Part shown: positions 50,790-62,240 of the stretch, in pieces
Layout: every line of letters starts with the position of its first letter
How positions within the stretch are numbered: position 1 is the stretch's first letter
Origin: Narcine bancroftii
Taxonomy: Eukaryota
Direction: 5' to 3'
DNA: 64,000 nucleotides
Assembly (NCBI RefSeq): GCF_036971445.1
Contig: NC_091475.1
Coordinates: 13,888,001 to 13,952,000 of the forward strand
The notes under the pieces: generated by a model
What the model was told of the DNA's origin: nothing
Databases searched by the model: none
What the model saw: only the letters and a program-made list of their open reading frames with translations
Translations under genes and position numbers: made by a program

Positions 50790-51682
50790 AGAATATTTAC
50801 TTAATTTAAGAATAGCCTTGTTAGTTAAAATCAAGAACGACTGAGAACAGAGTTTGAATCTTTTATTCTCCGATGAGGTGCGGGACTCTATTTGTATTGT
50901 GGTTAATATTACGTCTGTTTGTGCATTTGTGCACTGTGGCATTTTAAAATGGACCATTGAGTACATATGTCTAAAGTTAAATTGTCTCGCTTTTACTCAG
51001 ATATAAATCCTCTATGTGACATATGTAAAATTGCTGAGGCTTCTTTACTCACACGTTCTGGACTTACCCTAGATTAGAAATGTTTTGGAAAGATATTTTT
51101 CAAACATTATTGGTGATTCTCAGGTTTAAATTAGAACCTTCCCCTTTAATTGCTCTTTTTGGAGCATTTCAAGAAGTCAATGTTTTGCTGGACTCCAACT
51201 CGAAACCGAATTTTATCCTTGACTTCACTGATAGCCAGACATGCAATTTTGATTAAATGGAAAGATAATACCCCACCTACGCATACACAATGGCTAAATG
51301 ATATGATGTCTTGTTTAAGTTTAGAAAAAAATTATATATGCTATTCAAAAGTCAAATATTAACTTTCAAAAGATGTGGGGCTCATTTATGGAACTATTAT
51401 CATTACCTAAAGAATTAGGGTTTTTTTGAAACTTTGGTGCTGTGTTGTCCATCTCTATATGTTAACTTTTAACCTTGTTTCGTGGTAGGAGGTATAAATA
51501 TATATTTTTTTTCATTTTGAGTTTTTTTTGTGTGGTTAATTCTATTTAATATGTCTGGAATATTTTTTTTATCACGAAAAGCTTTTTTTGTAATTTTTTT
51601 TCTTTTGAATCTTAGAGTGCAATATACAACTGTACTGTTAAAGTATTTATAATGTATAATACAAATACCAATTAAAAAAAAA
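50790..51682 (+). mobile_element. L1-clade LINE 3' remnant in an ERG intron (antisense to ERG)
   Basis: Degraded ORF2 end: KLSRFYSDINPLCDICK, LIARHAILIKWKDNTPPTHTQWLNDMMSCLSLEK, FQKMWGSF; T-rich UTR ending in ATTAAA and an A-tail. Confidence 0.8.
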
Positions 51683-52769
51683 GAATATTTAGGAAACCTA
51701 AATCTAAGATTCATATTACTGAAGTATCTGTATTCTTCCAAAGATTCAGATGGTTAATAAAGCTGTTCCTGAGCTTTATGGACGAGAGAGGTTCAAGTTC
51801 GGTCCTTGACTTTCTCAGTTTTATATAGTCAGTAGGGGAGTGGTACTGATCCCAAGACCAGAAAGAGGCTCTTCATCATCTCCATTGTCACTTCTGACAA
51901 GAAGGTACAATGGGCATCAGGAGAGACAGTGAGCAGACCTTACAGAGGGTCCCCTCTACACCACTGTCCATCACTGCCATGTTTCCTTCCCAATGCTGTT
52001 AACTCTCTCATCTCAGACAGGATAGATGACTAACTAGCTAAAACATCAAAGAGTGCATGGTATTTCTAAAAGAAGACAGAGGAATGACAAATGAATGAAG
52101 AGAACTACTGCTGATAATGTTGGCCGTTTCCTTCTTTAGCTTGTATACCTTTCTCTGGTTCATTGATTGAGCTGATTAGAGGAATAATTTGCAATTGAGC
52201 CACAAATCACTTTTAAAATTGAGCAGCTTCTTCAGAGAAATAACAGCTTGACTTTCCAACCATATATGTTAGCAAAATCACAATTTTGAAATCTTTTTGG
52301 ACCAGTGGAATCAGGCAATGTATTGAAACATGTTTTGAAGCCAAGTATCCTTTAACAGTTTCGAGGGTACACCCGAAACTGTGCTTATTAGCGATAGAAG
52401 CTCATCTTAAATTACTTTCTAAAACTATGCTGAATCTTTTATAACTTCCATTGGCGTACAATAGGAAATTAATGTTCTTTTCCTCTTTAATAAACTCATA
52501 AAAGGCACCCACCCGTCTTTGGTTGGTATATCAACCAACACATATCAACCAATATTAGTGTGGAAAATACCACTCATCCTTTATATTGACAATTGAACAA
52601 AATATCTGATGATGAAAACAATGGAGTTGGCAACCAAGTTCAATTTGAAGACTTTCAAATGAAAAGGTCTGATCCACACAATTAACAGAAAGGGAGAGAG
52701 GGATCTTAGCAACCTTCCATGTCTCCCTGAACGTGGCAATACAAGTAGATATGGGGTAAAAGGGGAAAC

Positions 52770-53100
52770 TTGACCAAAGTATACAAAATTATGAGAGGCA
52801 CATGTATGGATAGTCTTTGATCCAGCATTGACATGTCAAGTATTAGAGGAAGTATGTAGGGTTAAGGTGAAAGAGGGAAGATTAAAGGCAAGTGTTATCT
52901 TTACACAGAGAGTGGCAGGTTCCCGGAATGTGCTGCGGGGTGAAGTGGTTTAAGCACATATGACAGCTATGTTTAAAAGGCATTTGGACAGATCAGAAGC
53001 AGACATGGAAAGGAGGGATGCGGGTCAAGTATAGTTTAAAGTGGCACTGTAGATGACACAGACATTGGGAACTAAAAAGCCTGTTCTTGTCTTGTGTTAG
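52770..53100 (+). mobile_element. CR1 3' remnant
   Basis: gtatacaaaattatgagaggca...ttacacagagagtggcagg..ggaatgtgctgc. Confidence 0.7.
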
Positions 53101-53884
53101 GTAATATGTTCTTAATGCTACAAACTCATTATTTCAAGAGTATGGCCACTTTTGTAGGTATGAGTGCTTTGAAGTGCAATCCTTTCTAAACTAACCTGAA
53201 AATTTGGGGAAACTTAATTTATGCTCAATGTACTTTCCATTTGAATTTGCCTAATATTGTATGTAGGTTTAATCAATTTCAGATGAATTGTACAATATGG
53301 TGTTAACACACGGCCAACCTATTAAAAATAAATGGGTTACTAACTCCCACAGAAGATTATGTAAACACTTTAAACATCTGTTCACCATAATCAACATCAG
53401 CCATATTTCACGAGAATACCATGGAATTAAGATCTAGTACTTGGAGGAAAGTTTACTCTAACCTACATGTACAATAAAGTAATCAATATATTTATGAAGA
53501 ACATATACAATTTTGTCAAACATAAGACAAGGAAACTCTCCTTGATTTGATCCATGAATTAAGTTGCACCTTAAGATTATAAAAAGTTGAAAAGGGTACA
53601 AAATGTATCTCTTTGAGCCACAATTTCCTTTGAAATTATTTGGACCATTTATAACACATTGCCAGTTTAACAACTTCAATGAACTGAAATGATGTGCTTA
53701 CTTAACCACATTCATTACAAGTTTGCATGTCAGATAGTTAACACAGTCATTTTCTCAGAATTGAATGTTTTGAGAGAGTTGCGTTCCATGAAATTGCTTC
53801 TAATAGAAGAAGTGTGAGTGGATTTGTCATCCTCAACATTCGATAAGGGAACTCTTTCAGGATCAGGGAAACGTATCACTTGAG

Positions 53885-54120
53885 TGGCACGGTTAACGTA
53901 GCAGTGAGAGCAATGCAATTGCAGCGCTAGCGACCCAGGTCCGAATCTGGCACTGTCAATAAGGAGTATGTATGCTCTTTCCTGTGTCTGCGTGGGTTTT
54001 CCCCAGGTACTCCAGTTTCCTCCCACCCTTCAATACGTAAAGGGTTGTAGGCTAATTGGGGTATTTGGGTGGCATGGACTCAGGGGCCACAAGGGCCAGT
54101 TACCATGCTGCAGGTCTAAG
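53885..54120 (+). mobile_element. V-SINE
   Basis: tRNA-like head plus V-domain aaggagtatgtatgctctttcctgtgtctgcgtgggttttcccc. Confidence 0.8.
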
Positions 54121-54380
54121 TGAACTTTTAAAAATTTTGAAATGAATAAATTGCAGACTTGCTGATAACATGTGGCATTAAAATAGGAACTTAACACACA
54201 CCCCCCCCCCCCAACCCAAGAATGGTCTTGCTTACAAATCTCATATATGCAACAAATAAGTTAAGGCAAACAGCTTTAAGAATTAGATCAGTGGTTAAAA
54301 ACCCACTGCACAGAATTCTGATGTTATTAACATAGTTAAGATGGTAACTAGGACAGTTTAAAGTCTGCAATGGCATGTAC

Positions 54381-54434
54381 CTATTGGTTGTCGAGTTTGG
54401 TCTTCCACTTTGGTTACATTTGAGGAAGGGGTTC
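54381..54434 (-). CDS. ERG: ERG internal exon, 54 bp (GTPSSNVTKVEDQTRQPID)
   Basis: Strong acceptor tttttttctttgcag and donor G|gtacat; phase 1-1; aligns to human AQPSPSTVPKTEDQRPQLD. Confidence 0.85.
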
Positions 54435-54719
54435 CTGCAAAGAAAAAAAAGGTAATTTAAAATCACTTTACCTAAGCTGAAGGGATCATCCCACAATATC
54501 TCTTCCCACTGCATTTAGAATTAAAGATTGCTCCATTTTTATTGAAGCCTGAAAGTTATGATGCTGTCACAAATTAAAACCCTTTCCATGTGATGGAAAA
54601 GAGTGGTGCGATCAACAGCAGAGGGCATTTCACAGACATGGGCCTGCCTGCTTCAACCTTGACAGCTTTCAGAAGTGCCCACCAGAGTGGATAGATGAAA
54701 GCTGGTCAGATGACATAAT

Positions 54720-55715
54720 TAGGGCCCCAATTAATTAGGACACCGCATCTGAAGCATCTGGTTTCCTATCATGAGGAAGGATGTACTGGCTTTGGAGGTG
54801 GTGGAGAGAAGGTTCACCAGGTTGATTCCAGAAATGAAGGGATTGAATCATCTGGGACTGTACTCGTTGGATTTTAGAAGAACAAGAAGGGATCTTATAA
54901 AAATATAAAATTATGAAAGGCTTTACCTTTTATTAAGATAAAGGTAGATAAATTGTTTCCTTTGGTAAGGGGGTTCAGAACTAGGTGACATAGCCTCAAG
55001 ATACAGGGTAGCAGATTTAGGACGGAGGTGAGGTTGAACTGCTTTTCCCTGAGGGTGGTGAATCTGTTAAATGTTACCCATTTGAAGCGTGCAGACAACC
55101 TCAGTAAATCTATTTAAGATAAGGTTGGATGGATTTTTAAAGTCATACATTTGATATATCTGTTAAATTTGAAGACACTCGGCAACCTTTTATAAATTAT
55201 TTCCACATGACTTAGTCAGTATAATTATGTTCCCTTCCGGACTATATTTAATTTTATTTCTTTTCTCTTTGTTGGTGAAAACCAGACGATTAATTTTTAT
55301 TAACGAATTCTCAGGATAGGCCACCCAGGCTTTTGTTTGTTTACTTTTCTTAGATTAGGAGGGGTTTTTATATAATAATTTTTTTCTTTCTTTGAAGATT
55401 TCAGTTTGGGGAGATGAGGATATATTCATTAATTGTGGTGTCATCCAATATGTTACATCATATGATGTCATACAGCTATTTTTTCCTTCTTGATTTTATA
55501 CTTCTATTCTCATGCATTGTTTACCTATAAATATGATTAATAAAGTGACTGAAAAAGAAAAGATTTTTAAATAGTAAGGGAATTTGGGGAAATGGAGTAA
55601 AGGCAGGTCGGTGGAGATGAGCCGATCATCAGATCAGCCATGATCTCATTGAATGGCAGAGCAGGCTCGACGGGCCAAATGGCCGACTCCTGCTCCTATT
55701 TCTTATTTTCTTATG
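54720..55715 (+). mobile_element. CR1 3' fragment interrupted by an L1-like 3' end (55142-55561)
   Basis: CR1 ORF2 end and 3'UTR hairpin gggccaaatggccgactcctgctcct; the inner insert ends aataaa..gaaaaagaaa and has a gatttttaaa duplication on both sides. Confidence 0.75.
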
Positions 55716-56263
55716 CTCTCCTTATCACTGTAATAACCACCAATTTCTTAGTTCAAGCAATTCTGAATCCTTGAAGGTCTCTGCATCACAGAGCAGTGGA
55801 GGGTAAATCACTGACTATGCACTAATTAGAACAAGGAGGTTACAAGGAAATAGGCAGTTTAAAGATGAGAGCAGCTATGATCTTTCTGAATGGTGGAGCA
55901 GGTTTAAGAGGAAGTATGGCCTCGTCCTATAACAGCACGTTCTAATGTTCTTTAGTATCAGAGGTATGTGGGACATTACTGACCGTGACCTGCACCTTGC
56001 AATAGGATGTCTGTAGCCTACCAGCTTGCTGCTTCTATTCGAGTGAGTCCTGACAGTGAATGTGACTTTCCATCAGCCTGCCAGGGGCTCATGTCTGTCC
56101 AATAGAAGTTATTCCTGAAGTTCTATTCCCCCACACATAATCTTCGCCACCTTAATGAGTGCAGACTTTGCAGAAAAACAATTGACCTGCTTCAGCCTCG
56201 CATGTCGTATCTACGCAAACAAAGGCCCCCATTGATCAGAGTTACAGACGGTAAACTTATTAC

Positions 56264-56326
56264 CCTTTGGCGGAACTCCAGGATGACTTCCCCACCCCGA
56301 TCGTCTGGTTGTATCGTAAGGCAAAT
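56264..56326 (-). CDS. ERG: ERG internal exon, 63 bp (DLPYDTTRRSGWGSHPGVPPKG)
   Basis: ctttctatttttag acceptor and G|gtaata donor; phase 1-1; aligns to human DLPYEPPRRSAWTGHGHPTPQSK. Confidence 0.9.
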
Positions 56327-57196
56327 CTAAAAATAGAAAGTGGAATGAATGAAATAGTCATCAATTTAAAAACTTCTGACAGACTCTCTTGCAGAACCAT
56401 GGCAGACTGGTAGCTGCTGGATAACCTGAGATGTCTGGTGCGAAGAAAACCCATTTGGATTATTTATCTCTTTAATGGGACCAAAATGCAAGCTGCTGCT
56501 GTGGACCCACTTGGATCATGCTTTTGAAGGCCCAGCACCCACGGTTTGCCAGTCACACAATCATTGCATGTTTTACAGCCCTGATTGTACTGAAGGCCTG
56601 TTTGCCACCACTGACCTGTCAATCAGTGTGGTCCATGAGCATCAACTCACCACCCTGCCTTACACTGCCAGCCTTGGTTTTCAAGGCCCCGGATGATGCC
56701 CCCTGCAGCAACGCTGATCCTTTCATGGGTCACTGAGTTTTTCTTCTTGCACAAGTTACATCAGAGCTGCCTGCTGTGATCAGACCATAACCCTGAACAA
56801 CATGGCATAGGACATCCTGGTGCAGACCATGATGTGCCCAGAGAATGCCTCGTCTTCTCTGTCTCCATCATTTTCCCTCATTTCCACAGCTGAACTTGAT
56901 CTAGTCGTACCGTGGCTGCCACAGAAGAGTACTTCAAACAATTCTCTCACAATTGAGATGGTAATGATACCTCTGTTGCAAGCACACTGCAGCTCCCGGT
57001 AGTGCCAATTTTATGCAGAATCCCATCGCATTATTTGTGATGAGTTTCTTGAATTTTGGTGGAGAATTAGTTTGGGCGTTAACACAATGGGTCACACATG
57101 CTTATCACACCAAAAGAGGATAAATTTCAATCTCTAGGCATTCAAACAAATATTTATTTCTCATAGTCCATCTACGTTCACATTGTTGAATCTTAC

Positions 57197-57268
57197 CAGG
57201 TCTCACTGTCAATCTTTGGGTTGGTTCAGGATAAACGGATGGATTTGGAAAAATGAATGTGGCACCCC
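57197..57268 (-). CDS. ERG: ERG internal exon, 72 bp (GGATFIFPNPSVYPEPTQRLTVRPD)
   Basis: ttttttag acceptor and G|gtaaga donor; matches the ERG-specific 72-bp alternative exon GAAFIFPNTSVYPEATQRITTRP. Confidence 0.93.
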
Positions 57269-58879
57269 CTAAAAAAGATAAAGAGGAAATACAGTCAAGC
57301 AATCAAGTGCATGCAGTGATTAATCACAAGGGCTCGTATCAAATCAACCTCAGGCCGAATCCTGATCCCAAGGTCAGTCACTACTTGGAAGGGAATAATC
57401 AACAAGGTTCCTAGTTGCTGTTCAGTTACTAATATCATCAGTATTCGTGTGGGGTTTGGAGAAAAGGCTGAAGGATGACTAATAGATGGAAACAAATGAC
57501 TACTTGCCTGAATGTGCAATTACATTCAGAGGAAATCTTCATTAACAAACTTACATTGAGAAAACAGGAGGTAACTAAAGCATTTCTACATTGCGGTTAG
57601 GTTTGGGTCAGGATCAGCTCTTTCAGAAGATGCCTCCTTTGAAGGAACACATCACACCGCATTAATGGCATTCCACGTTCTGATAACCATCCCTTATCGA
57701 AGGGGGGGGGGGGGGGAGATGGTCAGCGGGCTTGCCAGCTCCTGCAGTAGCATAGTGCGTGTCACTGTCTTCTGGAGAGCATGAGTAACAAACTATTAGA
57801 GGACGGAAATAGGAAATGGCTGCATGGTTATCGATTCTGTGAGAAACTCCAGCTGGATTCCTGCTATTTGCTGATCAGGCAACATTCTCATTCTTGACAA
57901 CGAAGACATGAAGCTGTTAAATGAGGGAATCCTTGATGGAAAAAAGTGAAGGAGGTGAATGTAATTGTACTGGAATCAAGAATTTTGCATTGAATAAAAT
58001 GGTGAAGTATCTATCATCCAAAAGCCAAATAGCAGCCTTCCTCACCACCCTCTCCCCAGTTGCATGGAACGTACAGCACCGAAACAAGCCATTCAAATCA
58101 AATGAACCAAGTTGAGTGCACACAAGCTTTGCCTGATGCTCATTATCCAGTTTCTCCCCGCCACATTCCCATTTAATTTTTCTGCAGCAAGCATTCCATT
58201 TATCCGTACGTTTTGCACACATACATAATCCCTGCTACATCCTTTACTTCCACCCTTCCTACCATAACCCGCACTTAACTACCATTGGAATCAGTTGGTC
58301 TCTGTTCACCTCATTAAACCTTTTCATAACAGTAAAGGCTTCTATCAGGTTTCCTCCTCATCAACTCTGGATAAATCATGTGTCTCCAATGTTTCTCAAT
58401 TGTTACATTTTCAAAATCACAGTAAAACCTTTCTACCTTAGTTCAAGCCACCGTCTCCTATACCATCTCCAACCTCATCGCCTCTGGTCACCTGCCTCCC
58501 ATTTTCTCCCTTCCCCGCACTGCCCGATTCTATCTTTTAACCCAGTCTCATTAACACTTTTCTACCCTGTTTGCAGAATGGAAATTGGAATGCATCTGAT
58601 CCCCTTTGGTACTCCACGTTCACTGTTATCAAGAAGGTGCAATCTCACTTTTGTGTTCTACACCTCTAGAAATAAACTAACGCAATCTTTTGTTTCAGCT
58701 TTTTACACCTCCACCAATTTGTTTCACTACTTTCTCTACCGACTACTTCCTTATTTTGAATTGCTTCCGGTTCCTGGGTGTCGTCGATGTGACGCTGCAT
58801 TTTGCCATACAGGTAGTTTGCATTTAAATTTTCATTCTTGGATTTCTCTGTGGTCATCCTGACTTCTGACCACATAATT

Positions 58880-59175
58880 GCACCTAAGAGGGCCTTTTGC
58901 CACATGTGCTGGATGTGGGAAGGGCATGGAAGTGAGCCCTCCTGCCCATTCCATCCACGTTGAACTTTGTACCCAATTGCATGACACATATGGCCACATT
59001 AGGACTGTATCCTTCAGTGCTTTTAATATTTAAAATGGATTCTAAATATAGTAATTGTATCCACCACCTCCTCTGGCAGTGTGTTCCTGGCATCAACCAG
59101 TCTCTGTATTTTTTTTTAAAAAGTAACCCCTAAATTGCATTTCACTTGAAAACCATGTCTTTTTGGTTTTTGAAA
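58880..59175 (-). mobile_element. CR1 3' remnant
   Basis: Reverse strand ttgatgccaggaacacactgccagaggaggtggtggatac and 3'UTR atgggcaggagggctcacttccatgc. Confidence 0.6.
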
Positions 59176-60108
59176 TCATAACCATGGGAAAGGGTGAGGA
59201 GGCTGAGTGAACAACAGACAGAATCAATAGCAAGATTGCAGAAGGAGGAGAACAATGTCAGAGATTCACATGTCTTTGAAGCCAGGAAAAATATTCCTCT
59301 GGCCACAAAGGCCACTAGACCCATTGATCCAGAAACATCCTTAAAACTGAATATTATTGCATAACAAAAAATACTCAATTGAACGTCCAGACTTGTGCAT
59401 TTTTCAATATTGTCTGATGAACAAAAATGTAAGTGTCTCCAATGCACAACATCAATGTCTTATATTGGCCAAGTACTGATAAGTAGTGATAAATGTACAC
59501 TACCCCATTCTTTTGCCATCATCCTCTGTAACAGACAATGTACCACACAGTTGCACTAGCTGTAAATATGAATATGTAATTTTCTATCCTTTTATATTTA
59601 TTATCTCCTTTTGTTTTTAATTTATACTTTTGTGGGTGAAGCTTCATGGCTGCATACAGCAAGAATTTTGGCGCATCTGTACATTTGTATGTACATGACA
59701 ATAATGTCGCATATAAAATATCATACACAGCAGAAGGAAAATGCAAAAGCCGTGCCAATCCAATTTTGTAAATCCCGTTGTCCACACGTAAATTAAGTAT
59801 TCCTCCCTGTCGCATAATATTTCAACTCACCTCTCTTGAACATCCCTTGATCTCCTGCAACCCTAACACAATCTTGATATTCAGGAATAAATTACATGCC
59901 CCAATCCAAGTCGGGCTCTTTCATGCCTTAGTACTGTTGCTTAGTTTTGAAAGGTTCATCCACAGGAAAGGGTGTTAGATAAGAAAGGATCTGGCTAAGA
60001 CCTTTTGGCCAAGACTAATGTAGCGAGCTATGGTTCATTGTATGTACCGGGATGTGGGTGTGAAGAAATGGAGAGTTTGTGGATGAGAGCTCAGCATTAA
60101 TATATTAC

Positions 60109-60189
60109 CTGTGTTTCTGGCGTGCATCAGACGCGGTGAGTTTTGCAAGGCTTTATCGACATCATCTGAAGTCAAATGAGGAAGTGGTG
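60109..60189 (-). CDS. ERG: ERG internal exon, 81 bp (PLPHLTSDDVDKALQNSPRLMHARNTG)
   Basis: ttcctattttgcag acceptor and G|gtaata donor; peptide essentially identical to human ERG. Confidence 0.95.
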
Positions 60190-61699
60190 CTGCAAAATAG
60201 GAAATGATTCGATTCAAAAGTCACCAAAACGTTATCCTATTGAAAAGTGACAGTTACACAGGAAGAAGTTGGACTAGAAAAAAAAATGAAGTATTTATTG
60301 ACAATACTGTCAGCCAATGAGTTGGAGATGGGAGAGGGCGCACTGCTCACAGCAAACAGTCCATTGTTTAGCAAACAAGGTCAATTTACTCGGAAAACAG
60401 AGACTGTTTAAAGAGTGGAGAAAGAAACTATGGCAATTTCTCCCAATAAAGGCAGGATAACTTCTGCAGAAAACAATTGTGGTCGATGGAGCATAGTTAC
60501 TTGGTTTGAGCAGCAAGTACGATCAATGGGGAATTTGCCCAGTCATCTCCACTCTTGCTGGTTTTGCATTGTCACTTAAATGCCGGCCTGGGGGGAGAAA
60601 AAAAAACGGTTCTCGCCTGCAAAGGCATTGGCTGAATAAAGTTTCTCATCCATTCTGCCACTTATGCAATAAAGTTGCAATTTCTACCACTGCCAAAACA
60701 AACAATGGCCAGTGCATCATTTTGCAAAGCGCTAGATCTGTGCCATCTGAATGTGATAGTAAACCAAATAACACATGATGAAGGGTAATATTGGTTCTCA
60801 ATTTTAAAATAAACTGGGATATGTCAATGTGTGCATTTACTACCAGTGCTGAGGAAACTAACAGCACGATTTGCTTCTCTAAGGTTTAAATTTCGTAACT
60901 TTTTCAAGTCGCAAAAGGAAATCAGGTTCCACAGGTTTCAAGGCCTGGGTAAGAATGAGTTGAAGTTAAAAAAAAATGATAATGCATTGGGTATCGACTT
61001 CAAAGCGGAGAAAAAAAACTGCAGATGCTGTAATCTGAAATGAAACAAGAATATTCTGGGAATACTCAGCGGTTGAGGAAGCATCTGTGGAGAGGGATAA
61101 AAGTGTTAACATTTCTGACTGATCATCCTTCATCAGAAACGGCCATCGTCGGGATTGACCAAGCTCTCACATGGCATTGGCTCGCCAGTAAATTGCTCAG
61201 AAGGTAACAGTTTGGGTCCCACCTGGTCCCAAAACCACTCAGTTTCAGCCTTCATTGCCCCTTTGTGGACAGGAGAGTACAATGAGAGGGACTGCCTTTC
61301 GACAGTAGGTCGGCAGACTCAATGTGACATCAAGGAACTCTAGTAAAACTGCTGACTGAACTCGGGGTGACCCCAGTCAAGGGGTTAGAGGATGAAGATG
61401 AGACGCGTGTTGAAGACTAAGTCATCAAGGGTTCATTCACTGGAACAAGAGAGATTGAGAATGAACATCTGCAAACCAAAGGTCCTCCAGAAACCTGCAT
61501 TTGCTGTTTAACCCTCTGCTTTGAAAATCAAAATCCAGTGGGATGGCGGAACACTTCCCATTATCTTGCATTAAAGGAACATATGGATGGTAAAATTCAC
61601 TATTGTCTTCAGTGAACCAGGATAGTCTAGTTATCAGAGGAAAAGGGTCCTCAAGGATCAAGATGACAAAGGCAGCACAAAGCTAATTGGCCACAGAGC

Positions 61700-62240
61700 A
61701 GGTGACCTTTCTCGCTCCTATACATTTCTGATACAAGGAACACCCAAAGCCAGAGAGAATCCTCCAATGGTGTCTTTGCAAAATCCTCCAAATTAATTGA
61801 GAAGATTTAAAAAAAAGAGCATCCTCTCCTGGGTCAAAAATCCCGAGCATTGCTACCCTCATTACACTCAGCCAGTTCCATTGAGCAGGCATTACATTGG
61901 CATGTGTGACACAAGATGTCCAAAGGAGACACTCTGTTCCAAGCTCCAGCATGAGAAGGAGATTACCAGGCAAACATTCCAAGATGCTCTCAAAGTCTTC
62001 TTGAAAACGCCCCACTGATTTGTGGGAATTCCTGGTCAATGACCAATTAAAATGAAGAACATCTGGGTTTGCATTGAGAACCTTGAGTCCACTTGTTGGG
62101 CACAAACATGCCCAGCACACATGGCACAAGGAGCTCACCATCCCACAAACTACTCACCCTACAGCCACACCTGTGCCCGAGATTACCATACCAAATGAGG
62201 CTCGCTTGTAAGGGACTGCCTGAGAGCAAACTTAAAACTG
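61700..62240 (+). mobile_element. Old RTE-clade LINE 3' remnant
   Basis: Degraded MCDTRCPKETLCSKL...FQDALKVFLK and a terminal Cys/His motif. Confidence 0.55.

Noticed and set aside
49854-60189. FLI1 or FEV as gene identity
   Set aside because: The 81- and 72-bp exon peptides and the [16 protein letters not shown] tail are ERG-specific, and linkage to KCNJ15 agrees.
54381-60189. Arithmetic series of exon lengths 81, 72, 63, 54
   Set aside because: Most likely coincidence; orthologous exon lengths differ in other vertebrates.
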